This document shows positions 19,007-30,134 of a DNA stretch of 64,000 nt, piece after piece (position 1 is the first letter of the stretch; each line of letters opens with the position of its first letter). A model generated the notes under the pieces. The model was not told where the DNA came from. It made no database searches and saw only the letters and a list, made by a program, of their open reading frames with translations. The position numbers and the translations under genes are program-made. Source of the stretch: Candidatus Latescibacterota bacterium (GTDB lineage Bacteria > Latescibacterota > UBA2968 > GCA-2709665); NCBI GenBank assembly GCA_963667175.2, contig CAXXXF010000007.1:1-64000 (forward strand), in the 5' to 3' direction.

Positions 19007-20179
19007 ATGGATGACATTCGCGTGGGCCTCGTGGGCCTCGGTCACCGGGGTCTGCACTGGCTCCGCCTGCTTCAAGGCCTCCGCGGTTACCGTATAACGG
19101 CCGTTTGCGACCCGATCGCCGCGCTGCACGAACGGGCGCTCGACGCGGTCGAGAACCCGGCCGGAGCGTATGCGGTTTACGAGGACGTCCTCGCCGACAA
19201 TAACGTGGACGCCATCGCCCTGTGCGTCCGCTGCAGGGAGCAGGGCGCACTGGCGGCCATGGCCCTGGAAGCAGGCAAACACGTGAACTCCGAGGTTCCG
19301 GCAGCCCATACCCTGGAAGACTGCTGGCGCATCGTCACGCAGGTCGAGCGCACGGGCCTGGTCTACCAGCTGGCCGAACAAACGAGATACTGGGGTTTCG
19401 TGTCCACCTGGCGGGACCTGGTGGCGCGGGGACGGCTGGGCAGGGTCACCTTCTGCGAAGGCCAGTATATCGGGTACTACGGCACGCGCCAGTTCTTTCA
19501 GGACGTGGACACCGGAGAATTCCATTCCGTAGAACAGTTGGGCGGGCACGCGAGCGCCAGACCAACCTGGCTCCACGAAATGCCGCCCATCCACTACCTT
19601 CCCCATGAACTCAGCCCCATGCTCAGGGTACTGGACGACCGCGTGGTGGAAGTGACGGCCATGAGCACCGCGGCGCCCAGTTATTCTCATCCGGAAATCG
19701 GCCAGCCCGATATCCAGGTGGCGCTGATGAAGACGGAAAAGGATGCGATCCTGAGGATGGCCGCCGGATTCACGCAGAAGATCCCCAGCAGCCGGGGTCA
19801 CCACTGGTACCAGGTGCTCGGTAACAGGGGCAGCGTCGAATGGAAACGTTCGCAGAGAGGGCGTCCGCTCATGTGGCTGGCCGACGACCAGATGCACGAT
19901 ATGGCCGAGGTCGACTGGCGCTTCGAGCGTACCGACGCGCCCGCCGAAGCGCGGGCAAGCGGCCACGGCGACGCCGACTATTACGTACACGCCGCGTTCC
20001 GGGACGCGGTCCGTGAAGGAAAGGCCCTGGAATTCGACGTGTACCGGGCAATCGAGACCGCCGCACCGGCGATCCTTGCGGCGGAATCCATCGACCGCGG
20101 GACCCAACCCATGAGTGTCCCGGATTTCCGTCCCGCAAACGCCAGGCCCGCCGGCACGACACCCGAAGGGACCGCGTGA
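19007..20179 (+). CDS. Gfo/Idh/MocA oxidoreductase
   Basis: VGLVGLGHRG, ALEAGKHVNSEVP. Confidence 0.88.
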   Translation: MDDIRVGLVGLGHRGLHWLRLLQGLRGYRITAVCDPIAALHERALDAVENPAGAYAVYEDVLADNNVDAIALCVRCREQGALAAMALEAGKHVNSEVPAAHTLEDCWRIVTQVERTGLVYQLAEQTRYWGFVSTWRDLVARGRLGRVTFCEGQYIGYYGTRQFFQDVDTGEFHSVEQLGGHASARPTWLHEMPPIHYLPHELSPMLRVLDDRVVEVTAMSTAAPSYSHPEIGQPDIQVALMKTEKDAILRMAAGFTQKIPSSRGHHWYQVLGNRGSVEWKRSQRGRPLMWLADDQMHDMAEVDWRFERTDAPAEARASGHGDADYYVHAAFRDAVREGKALEFDVYRAIETAAPAILAAESIDRGTQPMSVPDFRPANARPAGTTPEGTA

Positions 20180-21891
20180 TGCAGATCGGCATCCTGACGG
20201 GCCGGTCCAATCTCTCGGCGTATATCGCCGAGATCTTCAAGACCTGGGGGCTGCCGCTCATTGCGCCTGTTACCAGCGACCGGTTGCCCAACCTGCAGCC
20301 TGCCGGGATTCCCGTACTCGTGTGTCCGGCCCATCTGGACGACGCCCGGCTCGAGGATTACGCCCGCAGGGGAGGCACGGTTGTCTGTTTCCTGCCGGGA
20401 AGGGCCCTTGCGCGCGCGGCCGGGCTGAAGGTGCGGGGCACGAAAGAACCACCGCAGCGGTTGCGGAACGTCGCGTATCCAACCGGCGGCCTGGCCGGTG
20501 AGTTCGTCCCGATCGTGGGGTCCATACACGCATGGGAACATTCGGAAACCGCCGAACCGCTGGCCTTCCTGTCTCACCCGGGGCAATATGACGGCGAAAC
20601 CGTCGGCATTTCGGAGACCCGCCTCGGCAGCGGACGAATCGTCGCCTTCGGCTTCGACCTGCCCCGTTGCGTACTCTTGCTGCGCCAGGGCGACCCCGAT
20701 CTTGCCGAGAGCATTCCCGTCGGGGACGGATGCGCACGGCCAACGCACATGGCCGCGCGCGTGGGCCCGTACGATGCCGGCTGGATTCCTCATGCCGACC
20801 TGCTCTCCCGGCTGCTCGTGGACCTGACCCGCCGGTATCTGCCCGCGCCGGCGCCCATTCTGTCCCACCTTCCCGGCGCCGCGCGGGGCATCCTGCTATA
20901 CTCCGGCGACGAGGACTTCGCCGACGTTGGTTCGAACGAGGATGAATTCAGGGGCGTCGCCGATGCAGGGGGGCGCATGAGCCTGTACATCATCCCCAAC
21001 CATACGAAATCCACGCCGGAAGACGTGGCGAGATACGCCGACGCCCACGACGTCGGGCCGCACCCGAACCTTCGCCCGCTGGATGGCCGTCCCGTAGAGG
21101 AGCGCGTTGCCGAATTCGAACGCCAGGTACGCATGTTCCAGGAGAAATTCCGGATTCCCGCACGTACCGTGCGCAATCACTGCACCGCATGGGCCGGCTA
21201 CCTGGACCTCGTGGACGTCATGGAAAAACTGGGCATACAGATGGACGGCAACTACTTTTCAGGAACCTATATGAGAGACAGGGAGAGCGCGCCTTACGCG
21301 GCTTTCGGAGCGGCGCTTCCGATGCGCTTCTGCCACCCGGACGGCCGCCTCGTCAACGTCTACCAGCAGCACACCCACGTTATCGACGACGCCTGGTTCG
21401 GCCCGCAGGACTATTCCTACAAGCTGTCGCCACGCGTGTTCTCAGTGACGTTGGAGCGTATCTTCACCGACGTCACGACCCGGTTCCACACCCCCTACGG
21501 CGTCTGCATCCACCCGGGAAACTGGGTCAGGTTCTCCGAGGACCAGGGCCGGGAACTGCTGCGGCAGGCAAACAGATACGGCCTGCCGATCTGGTCCTTC
21601 GACCAGTGGGCGGCCTTCTGGAGCGCACGCGATACATGGCGGATCACCGACCTGCAATGGGACGGTTCAAGACTGAACTTCAACCTTCAGGGCCGCTCGC
21701 CTCACCCCGATCTCCGCATCCAGATTCCACAGGAATTCGCAGGCGCGCCGTTGAGAGAGATCCTCGTCGACGGCAACGTCGCGCGACCGGATACGGACAT
21801 CAGATACCGGGAACGCGTCTGCCTCGCGCCCATGCCCGGCGAACGGACCGGGATTTCGATCGAGGCCGCCTACCACCCGAATCCGAACTGA
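20176..21891 (+). CDS. hypothetical protein with polysaccharide deacetylase-like barrel
   Basis: SGDED, HDVGPHP, RNHC and IHP motifs; GTGA overlap with the upstream gene. Confidence 0.55.
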   Translation: MMQIGILTGRSNLSAYIAEIFKTWGLPLIAPVTSDRLPNLQPAGIPVLVCPAHLDDARLEDYARRGGTVVCFLPGRALARAAGLKVRGTKEPPQRLRNVAYPTGGLAGEFVPIVGSIHAWEHSETAEPLAFLSHPGQYDGETVGISETRLGSGRIVAFGFDLPRCVLLLRQGDPDLAESIPVGDGCARPTHMAARVGPYDAGWIPHADLLSRLLVDLTRRYLPAPAPILSHLPGAARGILLYSGDEDFADVGSNEDEFRGVADAGGRMSLYIIPNHTKSTPEDVARYADAHDVGPHPNLRPLDGRPVEERVAEFERQVRMFQEKFRIPARTVRNHCTAWAGYLDLVDVMEKLGIQMDGNYFSGTYMRDRESAPYAAFGAALPMRFCHPDGRLVNVYQQHTHVIDDAWFGPQDYSYKLSPRVFSVTLERIFTDVTTRFHTPYGVCIHPGNWVRFSEDQGRELLRQANRYGLPIWSFDQWAAFWSARDTWRITDLQWDGSRLNFNLQGRSPHPDLRIQIPQEFAGAPLREILVDGNVARPDTDIRYRERVCLAPMPGERTGISIEAAYHPNPN

Positions 21892-21898
21892 GCCCGCC

Positions 21899-22714
21899 GT
21901 GCGGAACCGACCCCTCAGAGTCATCGTCTTCGGGGCGCATCCCGACGACTGCGATATCAAGGCCGGCGGCCTTGCCATCCACTACGCGGCGCTCGGCCAC
22001 GACGTCCGTTTCGTTTCTCTCACAAACGGAGACGCGGGTCATCATGAAACCGGGGGCCTCGTGCTGGCGCGCAGGCGGCGGGCGGAAGCCGAAGCCGCCG
22101 GCGCCGTGGCGGGCATCGAAACCCACGTGATGGACAACCACGACGGCGAACTGGAACCCACGCTGGAGAATCGCAAGCACGTCATCCGCATGATCCGCTC
22201 CTATACGCCGGACCTTGTCCTCACCCATCGGCCCAACGATTACCATCCTGACCATCGGTATACCGCCATCCTGGTTCAGGACGCCGCCTACATGGTCACC
22301 GTACCCAACGTCTGCACGGACGTGCCCGCGCTGTCATATAACCCCGTGATCGCCTATTTGAGCGACAACTTCCGGTTTCCCGCGCCCTTTACGCCTGAGG
22401 TGGCTATCGACATCGACGCCGTTGTCGACAAGAAGCTGGACATGCTGCACTGCCACACCTCGCAGATGTACGAGTGGCTGCCGTACAACGCCGGACGCCT
22501 CGACGAAGTGCCGAAATCGCCACGCCAGCGCAGAAAGTGGCTCGAACACAGGCTCGAGCAGTTCGAGGCCGTTGCGGACCGCCACCGCGACCTTCTCGTA
22601 GACCGATACGGCGAGGATCGCGGAGGCGCCATCCGTTACGCCGAGGCCTTTCAGACCTGCGAATACGGCGGCACGCTCCCACCTGAAAATATCCCCGTTC
22701 TGTTCCCTTTTTGA
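21899..22714 (+). CDS. PIG-L/LmbE family deacetylase
   Basis: GAHPDDCD, LTNGDAG, DYHPDH. Confidence 0.9.
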   Translation: MRNRPLRVIVFGAHPDDCDIKAGGLAIHYAALGHDVRFVSLTNGDAGHHETGGLVLARRRRAEAEAAGAVAGIETHVMDNHDGELEPTLENRKHVIRMIRSYTPDLVLTHRPNDYHPDHRYTAILVQDAAYMVTVPNVCTDVPALSYNPVIAYLSDNFRFPAPFTPEVAIDIDAVVDKKLDMLHCHTSQMYEWLPYNAGRLDEVPKSPRQRRKWLEHRLEQFEAVADRHRDLLVDRYGEDRGGAIRYAEAFQTCEYGGTLPPENIPVLFPF

Positions 22715-22790
22715 AAGGGTCGAGCAGAAATTCCCTGTCTGCTCACAGAAAGGACAGGTTTGAGACCTGTCCCTGCCATCCGTTCTCGTT

Positions 22791-24506
22791 CTAGAAGTCG
22801 TTCACCATACGCACATGCACCTTTCCGCGACCTGGACTGTCGGTTCTTGTCAAACCGTAATCCAGTCCAATGGTCCCCAGCCGGGACACGGCGCGCATCC
22901 CGAGGCCGAATCCCAGCGGGAAGCGCAGCCCGTTCGCTCCAACAGACGCGGCATTCCTCAGAACGCCGGCGTCCACGAAGAGAAACGCCCGCGACCGGCG
23001 CCCCAGCATAAGCCGCCACTCCAGGTTCGTCCACAACGCCCGGTTCACCAGAAACGCCTCCTCGCGATACCCTCGAATCGTCGCCGCCCCCCCCAGTCCC
23101 AACGGTCCGTCAGGGAGCGCGACCCCGTTTTCCCCCACGCCGGCGCCGTGTAGCGACGCCGCGAGCGTCGTCCGCCGCCCCAGCGCCTGAATTCGATGCA
23201 GTTCCGCGGTCGCGCGCAACCTGCGGCCGGCGGCGCCGTTCTGCGTCACGCGGCTCCAGACGAGGCCGATACGGTACATCGACCCCCCCATCGGATTCCA
23301 GCGATCGTCTCTGCGGTCGTATTCGAGCCTGCCATCCAGAGACGACAGTCGACCCTTCTCAAAACCTGGCGCCCCGCTCGAATCCGGCCGGACGCCGCCC
23401 CTGGAAACACCGATCCGGACTTCGACGCCGCCGGCCGTGGACAGGTTGACGCCGAGGCCCAGTCGGTCTTCGGCGAATCCGGGCCGTTGCCGCATCAGAA
23501 GCGTCGCCTCCAGGCCCAACGGCCGCCTCAGAACCCACGGTTCGACGTAGCGCAGATCCAGATCGGACGCCGCGCGCCCCCTTCGCGACCACGAGGCGTC
23601 CGCCCGCCGCCCGCTCCCCATCAGATTGGCGAAAGCGATGGCGAACGATCCGGTCAGGCCCCGCGCGCCGTCCCGAGATGCGGGCGCCATGCCCACGACG
23701 CCTTCGACCCGCCCCGCCGGCGCCTCGCGGACGGAAACCACCAGCGCCGTACGTCCGCCGGGTTCGGCGGTCAACACCGCGTCATCCACGTCGAGAAGAA
23801 ACGGAAGACGTCGGAGCGCACGCAGCGCCCGGTCCACCCTGCGCTGATCGTAGCGCATGCCCCGCTTTATCCGCATCTCTCGATAAAGTGTCTCGACACG
23901 GGTGATCCGGTTGCCCGTGAAGCGGATCGTATCCACGCGCACAAAAGGACCCTCCTCCACCGCAATCCTGACCCGCGCGGTGTCGCTGCCCGGCAGAACA
24001 CGCACCTCCGGCGCCAGCGAACAATAGGGATACCCGCGGTTCTCGTAAAAGCGGACGAGCGCTTCCAGGTCCGTATCGAGGGACTCCGTTAGCAACGGCC
24101 CCCCGGCACGGGTGATCATCGCGTCCAGCAGGGAGTCCGTCGCCGCGTTCCGGTTGCCGGAAATCTCGACCGAGTCGATCAGGGTCGGTCTCCCCTCCTC
24201 GATGCGAAAACGCACACGCCCCCGATTCGCGTCCACCTCCGGATACGCAACGGATACCTGCCAGTATCCGGCGTCACGATATCCGTTCAGAATTCGTCTC
24301 ATGTCCTTCTCAATCAGCAGGCTGTCCACGGGCAGGCCGGCGCGCGTAATCAGCCAACCCCGAACACGATCCTCGGACATACGATGGGCCCCGTCCACCC
24401 GCACGTTCCGTACGAGGACGCGACCGGCCGCCGACGCGTCCGCACAAAATGCCGCCAGGAGCGGTATCACGAGACAATAGAGCCAAAACCGTCCGAATCC
24501 GAACAC
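22791..24506 (-). CDS. BamA/TamA-family outer membrane protein with POTRA domains
   Basis: Signal peptide, three POTRA-like repeats, IRGYRE motif, C-terminal Phe. Confidence 0.85.
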   Translation of the reverse strand: MFGFGRFWLYCLVIPLLAAFCADASAAGRVLVRNVRVDGAHRMSEDRVRGWLITRAGLPVDSLLIEKDMRRILNGYRDAGYWQVSVAYPEVDANRGRVRFRIEEGRPTLIDSVEISGNRNAATDSLLDAMITRAGGPLLTESLDTDLEALVRFYENRGYPYCSLAPEVRVLPGSDTARVRIAVEEGPFVRVDTIRFTGNRITRVETLYREMRIKRGMRYDQRRVDRALRALRRLPFLLDVDDAVLTAEPGGRTALVVSVREAPAGRVEGVVGMAPASRDGARGLTGSFAIAFANLMGSGRRADASWSRRGRAASDLDLRYVEPWVLRRPLGLEATLLMRQRPGFAEDRLGLGVNLSTAGGVEVRIGVSRGGVRPDSSGAPGFEKGRLSSLDGRLEYDRRDDRWNPMGGSMYRIGLVWSRVTQNGAAGRRLRATAELHRIQALGRRTTLAASLHGAGVGENGVALPDGPLGLGGAATIRGYREEAFLVNRALWTNLEWRLMLGRRSRAFLFVDAGVLRNAASVGANGLRFPLGFGLGMRAVSRLGTIGLDYGLTRTDSPGRGKVHVRMVNDF

Positions 24507-24516
24507 GCCTCGCCTC

Positions 24517-27500
24517 TCAGAAAAGCGCCCGCATTTCCATGCGCCCCAGATGCAGGACCGGCTTCCCGGGGCGCTTGCGTCCGTCGTACAGGATCATCGC
24601 CGTCAGGTACCGCCCCAGCCGGTAGTCCACCCCCAGACGCCAGCCGACGTTGTCTCCGCTACGGTTTCCGCCTGCCATTCCCAGGAACAACGGCATGGTT
24701 CCGGAGGCGAAGACACGGGTCCAGTCGCCGGATGTACGGAACCGCCCCCTGCCCGGCAGGGCGCGTCGAATCTCCGGGCGAACCGATACAAAACGGGCGT
24801 GCAACGCGCGATTCTCCTCCCTTTCCGTGCCGAGCGTCAGTCCCATCCGCGCCTGCCATGCCCTTGCCGCGTGCCGATAGGCGCCCAGGTTCAGCCGGCG
24901 GGATCGGATTCCGTAAAAAAACGGACCGTCGCCGGGTCGGTCGCGCGACTCACCCTGCAATTCCAGCTCCACCCACGATCCGCGACCGAGCGCGAAACGT
25001 CCCTGCGCGGACACCTGCGACGTGGTCTCCAGTCCGCCATCCGTAAAGGCCCGGTCGAGGCGTGTGCCCCGGCGGGTCGTTACCCGAAACGTGGCGGGAC
25101 GGCCATATCGAAGGAGGTAGAGCCGGGTCCGCAACTCGCGCCTGCCGTGGAGAATCCCCGCGCCCGCACCGAAACCGTACATGTGCCAGGGCGCCACGCC
25201 GGCCTGACCCGGCGGCGCCTGCCGGTCGGCCTCCAGCGTGACGTCCAGCGACAGGCCGGCGAGGAGACGCAGCCACCGGCCGTCGGGAGATCGCAGAAGC
25301 CGCTTCAGCACAAGCTCCATCCGGGCGGCAAGCGCCGCGTCGCGCACGGGGCGGTATCGGGCGGCCGGACTGATATAGCGCACGTACTCGCCGTCCACGT
25401 CTTCCACGAATTCCTCCGGATCCTGGCGCCCGTCGCCATCCACGTCCTCCCAGGCATGGGTTCCGCGGCCCGGACCGAGGACCACGTACACCGGCTGTCT
25501 GTCGGGCGCGCCGGTGCTGGAGATCCGATAGGAAAAACGGTGCGAAACGGCCCCGTTCAATGCCGCGTACCCCCACCTGATCCGTCCAAGGTCCGTGATA
25601 CGGCCCTCTGCGGGATGCAGCGGGGATTTCGTCCGGCTCCTGATGTACTCCCCTGAAAAAGACAGACCGCTCCTGCCGGACATCGAGGCGCGGTGGGTTG
25701 TCGTCCACGCCCTCAGGCTGTCCTGCCACGTGCGCCCCAGGAGGTGGATCCTCCGAACCGAAATTTCCGACGTCCACGCCAGGGCGCCCAACACGCGCGT
25801 TGACAGGTCCACGGCCCCCGACCGGATACGGACTCCACGGTGCGCGGTATCGGCCGCCGAGGCATAGTACAGGGTCGAATGAGGAACCGACGACCCGGAC
25901 GCGGTTTCCGACTCAAAGCGCAATCCCGGCGTGACCCCGCGCATGGGCGCCCGAATGCGGCCCCGATGCCTGGCGAACAGTCCCGACCCGTGGGACACTT
26001 CGTCGAAGCGATAGAACACCCGCGGGGCCCGCGCGTCGGAAACCCGGAGGCCGACGTCGCGGCGGACCGCCGTCACGTTCCCCTGGCGCCTGCCGTAACC
26101 CGCATCGAACCGGATGCCGGGCCTGAGGGCGTATTGCAGCGCCACTTCGCCCATCCGGTCTCCAGCCTCCGGCGCATCGGCCTGCCAGCCCCACCGCCCC
26201 TCGCGCGTCACCCGCACGATGTTCTCAATCCCCTGGAACCGTGCGCCCACCTGCCGGTATGAACCAGTCAGACGAATCCGCCCGAGAGCGTATCCGCCCA
26301 ACCGCAGCGCGCCGGGCCACAGGTCCAGGCCCAGCCTGAAAGCCCGGCCCCGGCGCTGCCGGCGGGCGTCCGTCTGCTCGGGCGCCGCGCTCATCGCCAG
26401 TTCGCCGTCCAGCCGGACGCCCCCTGCGGGCTCATATGCCGCATCCATCACGGCCAGTTGCTGCCGGACCGGTTGAAAAGCCGGTGCGGAGAACCCCACG
26501 CCGTGGACGCCGCCAGCCCTGTCCGCCTCGCGGATAAACGTCCCGCCCAGCTTGAGCCGGTCGTCGGCGAGCGCCAGCGTGCCCCGAGCGCCCATCAGGC
26601 GCCGTCCGGACCCGGCGGCCTCGAACTGGTATTCTACGGTGATGCGGCTCTGACCGGTGACGGGCCTGACCGGGGTAAACGTGATGGCGGACATTTCATA
26701 GTCCACAACGTAGTCCTGGCTCTCGCCCCGGCGCAGCAGACGCCCGTCCTGATAGACCCTCTCGGATCCCGCGACGATTCCGCCGCCGAGGGTCTCGGCG
26801 TCACCCGGCAACCGGTATGGGCCCTGGTAGCCTTCGATGGGGTGAAGGCGGTGGCTGACCCAGCGTCCGTTTGCAGCGGCCCCGAACAGTTTCAAGTCTG
26901 CGCCGGACGCTGCAAACGCGAAATGGGCGCCATGCAGCCGCCTGCGGTATCGCCCGAACGTGGTGCCGTCGAACTCGACGTCCAGGTCTCCGAGCGAAGC
27001 CGAGACTCTCCGGGAACGGACCTGGAACCTCACGCGGTCCAGTTCCTGCAGGTTGCGCGTGCTGCCTTCGAGTCCCAGCGGGAGGTTCCGATCCGCCAGC
27101 ACCGCGGTCACTTCCACCCCGTCGGCCATCTGTCCGGATAGTTGCACCCGAAGCGTCTGGCTGAGTTCGAGATCGCGATTGCCGCCTACGGTGACCTGAA
27201 TGCGCTTCGCGCCCCCGACGTCGAGCCGTGAAGTCGCCTCGCCGTACGCGTCCGGCGCTTTCGCGATCGCTCGGCGACTTCGGCGCCGGACGGATGACGG
27301 CTGCACTCCCGACCGTTCCGGGTTTCGCTCACGCCGCCGGTAAACCCTGGGAAGAACCTGAGGCAATTGCCGGAACCGGACGAGAACACGGGCGCCGCGA
27401 GGGCGTTCCCGCGCAAGCAGCAGCACGCCTCCGGCAGGATCCACGTCGTAGTCGAGGTCCCTGACGAGCAGACTGTCTCCCACCCAGACCCTTTCGCCGC

Positions 27501-27660
27501 CAGCAAGAATCGGCCGGTCCGAGATGCGAAAAGGACCCCGGCTGCCATCGGTCCGAATGGTCCGCTCCAGATCGAAGACGGTCAGCTGTCCGGGCGGAGG
27601 CGCGGCGCCGGCCGAGGCGAAGAGGCCGGCGAGGACCATGAAGATCTGACGGATGCGCAT
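24517..27660 (-). CDS. large putative outer-membrane protein
   Basis: 1047 aa, signal peptide, beta-rich, ends MRALF; operonic with the BamA-like gene. Confidence 0.7.
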   Translation of the reverse strand: MRIRQIFMVLAGLFASAGAAPPPGQLTVFDLERTIRTDGSRGPFRISDRPILAGGERVWVGDSLLVRDLDYDVDPAGGVLLLARERPRGARVLVRFRQLPQVLPRVYRRRERNPERSGVQPSSVRRRSRRAIAKAPDAYGEATSRLDVGGAKRIQVTVGGNRDLELSQTLRVQLSGQMADGVEVTAVLADRNLPLGLEGSTRNLQELDRVRFQVRSRRVSASLGDLDVEFDGTTFGRYRRRLHGAHFAFAASGADLKLFGAAANGRWVSHRLHPIEGYQGPYRLPGDAETLGGGIVAGSERVYQDGRLLRRGESQDYVVDYEMSAITFTPVRPVTGQSRITVEYQFEAAGSGRRLMGARGTLALADDRLKLGGTFIREADRAGGVHGVGFSAPAFQPVRQQLAVMDAAYEPAGGVRLDGELAMSAAPEQTDARRQRRGRAFRLGLDLWPGALRLGGYALGRIRLTGSYRQVGARFQGIENIVRVTREGRWGWQADAPEAGDRMGEVALQYALRPGIRFDAGYGRRQGNVTAVRRDVGLRVSDARAPRVFYRFDEVSHGSGLFARHRGRIRAPMRGVTPGLRFESETASGSSVPHSTLYYASAADTAHRGVRIRSGAVDLSTRVLGALAWTSEISVRRIHLLGRTWQDSLRAWTTTHRASMSGRSGLSFSGEYIRSRTKSPLHPAEGRITDLGRIRWGYAALNGAVSHRFSYRISSTGAPDRQPVYVVLGPGRGTHAWEDVDGDGRQDPEEFVEDVDGEYVRYISPAARYRPVRDAALAARMELVLKRLLRSPDGRWLRLLAGLSLDVTLEADRQAPPGQAGVAPWHMYGFGAGAGILHGRRELRTRLYLLRYGRPATFRVTTRRGTRLDRAFTDGGLETTSQVSAQGRFALGRGSWVELELQGESRDRPGDGPFFYGIRSRRLNLGAYRHAARAWQARMGLTLGTEREENRALHARFVSVRPEIRRALPGRGRFRTSGDWTRVFASGTMPLFLGMAGGNRSGDNVGWRLGVDYRLGRYLTAMILYDGRKRPGKPVLHLGRMEMRALF

Positions 27661-27769
27661 GGGCTTGAACGTAAAAAAGGGTCGGGAGTCAGAAAAACCA
27701 GGTTCTGCACCTGGCCTTCAAGACCCGCGGCCCGTACTCCTGGCGACCAGGACGTGGAGACTGTGCCAG

Positions 27770-28732
27770 CTATCTCCTGCTGATCAGCATCTCGAACTTC
27801 TGAATGCGATGGTTGCCCCCGTCCAGAACGAAGAGAACCCTGCCGGGACCGAAGGCAACGTCCTTCGGCGCCTTGAACGCGCCGGGCCCCTGGCCGGCGT
27901 CGGGCCCGCCGATCAGGGCGGCCACGTCCCCGGTCCTCAGGTCCAGGGCTACCACGCGGTTGTGTCCGCTGTCCGCGACAAACAGCACCTCCTCCGGCCC
28001 CACGCATACCCCCGCCGGCTCGGAGAGCGACCCTTCCGCGAGGCTCCTGCTGAAGTTTCCGTATCTGTCGAATACGGCAATGCGGTCGTTCTCACTGTCG
28101 CAGACGTAGACCTGGTTCTTCTGTCCGACGGCGAGTCCCAGCGGACGCCGGATGCGGTCGGCCCCGTATCCGAACCCTCCGAACTGGTTTTCGACAGGGC
28201 TGTAGTTGCTGATCTGCACCACCTGGTCGGCGTCGATGTCCGAGACGTACAGCTCGCCGTCTTCCGAAACAGCAATCCCGCCCAGGTTTCCCAACCGGAT
28301 CGGCCCGTCCACGTCTCGTCCTCCGACCACGCCCAACAGGCGGAAGTGGGGGCTGAAAATCTGGATGCGGTTGTTTCTCCCGTCCGAAACGTATACCTCG
28401 AGCCCCGCCTTCCCCACCGCGACCCCCGCCGGCTGGCTGAATTGCCCCGGGTCCCAGCCAAACGTGCCCACCTCAGACAGATAGGCCCCGTCCGGATCGA
28501 ATTTCTGGACGCGGTCATTGCCCGTGTCGGCCACGTACAGATTGCCGTACGTATCGAGGGCGATGGCGGACGCTTCGTGAAAGTGTCCCACCCCGCCTCC
28601 CTTCTGTCCGATGGCGGAGGCAAACCGGTAGGCCACCGTCAGCTTCGGCGCCTGTTTTTTCTCCTCCGAAACCGCCGTCGCTGCCATCGCCATCGACGTC
28701 ACGAAGATACCAACCCGCAGTCGCATCTTCAT
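27770..28732 (-). CDS. NHL-repeat beta-propeller protein
   Basis: Repeats of GNLYVADTGNDRVQKF type. Confidence 0.88.
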   Translation of the reverse strand: MKMRLRVGIFVTSMAMAATAVSEEKKQAPKLTVAYRFASAIGQKGGGVGHFHEASAIALDTYGNLYVADTGNDRVQKFDPDGAYLSEVGTFGWDPGQFSQPAGVAVGKAGLEVYVSDGRNNRIQIFSPHFRLLGVVGGRDVDGPIRLGNLGGIAVSEDGELYVSDIDADQVVQISNYSPVENQFGGFGYGADRIRRPLGLAVGQKNQVYVCDSENDRIAVFDRYGNFSRSLAEGSLSEPAGVCVGPEEVLFVADSGHNRVVALDLRTGDVAALIGGPDAGQGPGAFKAPKDVAFGPGRVLFVLDGGNHRIQKFEMLISRR

Positions 28733-28907
28733 CCTTCCTGTGCCTTGCCGTTGCCCGTATTCTCGTGAATTGCCGCTGCTCGTCTTCTCGTACTCTTGTC
28801 GCACCCTTCGGTTTTCCTCGTTTTCTCGTGCCTTTCTCGTGCTCTTCGGTCTTTATCCTGTCTATCCTGTCCATCCATGTAAGTTCCTGTTTTCTAATTG
28901 AAACGGG

Positions 28908-30134
28908 CTAAATCTTCAGATTTCTCTCGATGCTGTCCACGGCCGACTCGACGTCCTTACGGTGTCCGAACGCGCTCAGCCTGAAGAATCCTTCGCCGCT
29001 GGGCCCGAATCCCGCGCCCGGCGTCCCGACGACGTGCGCCTCGGACAGCAGCTTGTCGAAGAAATCCCAGCAACCCATGCCTCCGGGCGTCTTCATCCAG
29101 AGATACGGCGCGTGGACGCCGCCGTAGACGGTAAGGCCCAGGCCCTCGAGACCCGATCGGATGCGCTTGGCATTGGCCATATAGTAGGCCACCATCTCCC
29201 TGCACTCGGCCCGGCCCGCCTCCGTAAACACCGCCAGTCCGCCGCCCTGCACGATATTGGAGGCGCCATTGAACATCGTATTCTGCCGTCTGCGCCAGAG
29301 TCCGTTCACAACACCCGGCCCGCCGTCTTCCACGACCAGGTCCTGCGGAACCACGGTCCAGCCCAGCCGTACGCCGGTGAATCCGGAATCCTTGGAGAAG
29401 CTGTTGATTTCGATGGCGCAGGTTGCGGCGCCGTCGATCTCATAGATACTTTGGGGCAGGTCAGGGTCCGAAATGTACGCGCAGTAGGCCGCGTCGAAGA
29501 TGATCACCGCCCGATTGTCGCGGGCATAATCCACAAACGTCTGCAACTGCCCGCGGGTTGCAACGGACCCGATCGGGTTATTGGGACTGCAGATATAGAT
29601 CAGGTCCGCTTTTTCCGCGGGCAATGCGGGAAAAAAGCCGTTTGCCTCCGTGCAGGGCATGTAGACGATACCCTGGTACTGACCGTCGATCATCGTCCCC
29701 GTGCGACCGGCGATCACGTTGCTGTCCACGTAGACGGGATAGGCGGGGTCCTGAACGGCCACCACGTTGTCCAGGCCGAAAATGGACTGGATATTCGCCG
29801 AATCGGGTTTTCCTCCGTCGCCGACGAATATCTCATCCGTATCCAGTGCGACGCCGCGTTCCGCGTAACGGCCCGCGATGGCCTCTCTGAGATCGAGATT
29901 TCCTTCGCTTCCGTCCGCGTAACCCGTATAGGTCTCGACGGCCGCCAGTCTTTCCACCGTATGATGCAAGCGTTCGATCACGCTGGAAGGCAGTGGCTCG
30001 GTGGTGTTGCCGATGCCGAGACGCATCACATCGACGTCCGGGTGATCATCCAGAAACGCGCCCGTCCGCCTTGCGATTTCCGGGAACAGATAGCCGGCCG
30101 AGAGTTTGTTGTAGTTGGAATTGATCGTCGCCAT
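28908..30134 (-). CDS. dapL: LL-diaminopimelate aminotransferase
   Basis: YLFPEI, LGIGNTTEP, CSPNNP, SFSKxxGFTGVRLG, GFGPSGEGFFRLSAF. Confidence 0.93.
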   Translation of the reverse strand: MATINSNYNKLSAGYLFPEIARRTGAFLDDHPDVDVMRLGIGNTTEPLPSSVIERLHHTVERLAAVETYTGYADGSEGNLDLREAIAGRYAERGVALDTDEIFVGDGGKPDSANIQSIFGLDNVVAVQDPAYPVYVDSNVIAGRTGTMIDGQYQGIVYMPCTEANGFFPALPAEKADLIYICSPNNPIGSVATRGQLQTFVDYARDNRAVIIFDAAYCAYISDPDLPQSIYEIDGAATCAIEINSFSKDSGFTGVRLGWTVVPQDLVVEDGGPGVVNGLWRRRQNTMFNGASNIVQGGGLAVFTEAGRAECREMVAYYMANAKRIRSGLEGLGLTVYGGVHAPYLWMKTPGGMGCWDFFDKLLSEAHVVGTPGAGFGPSGEGFFRLSAFGHRKDVESAVDSIERNLKI

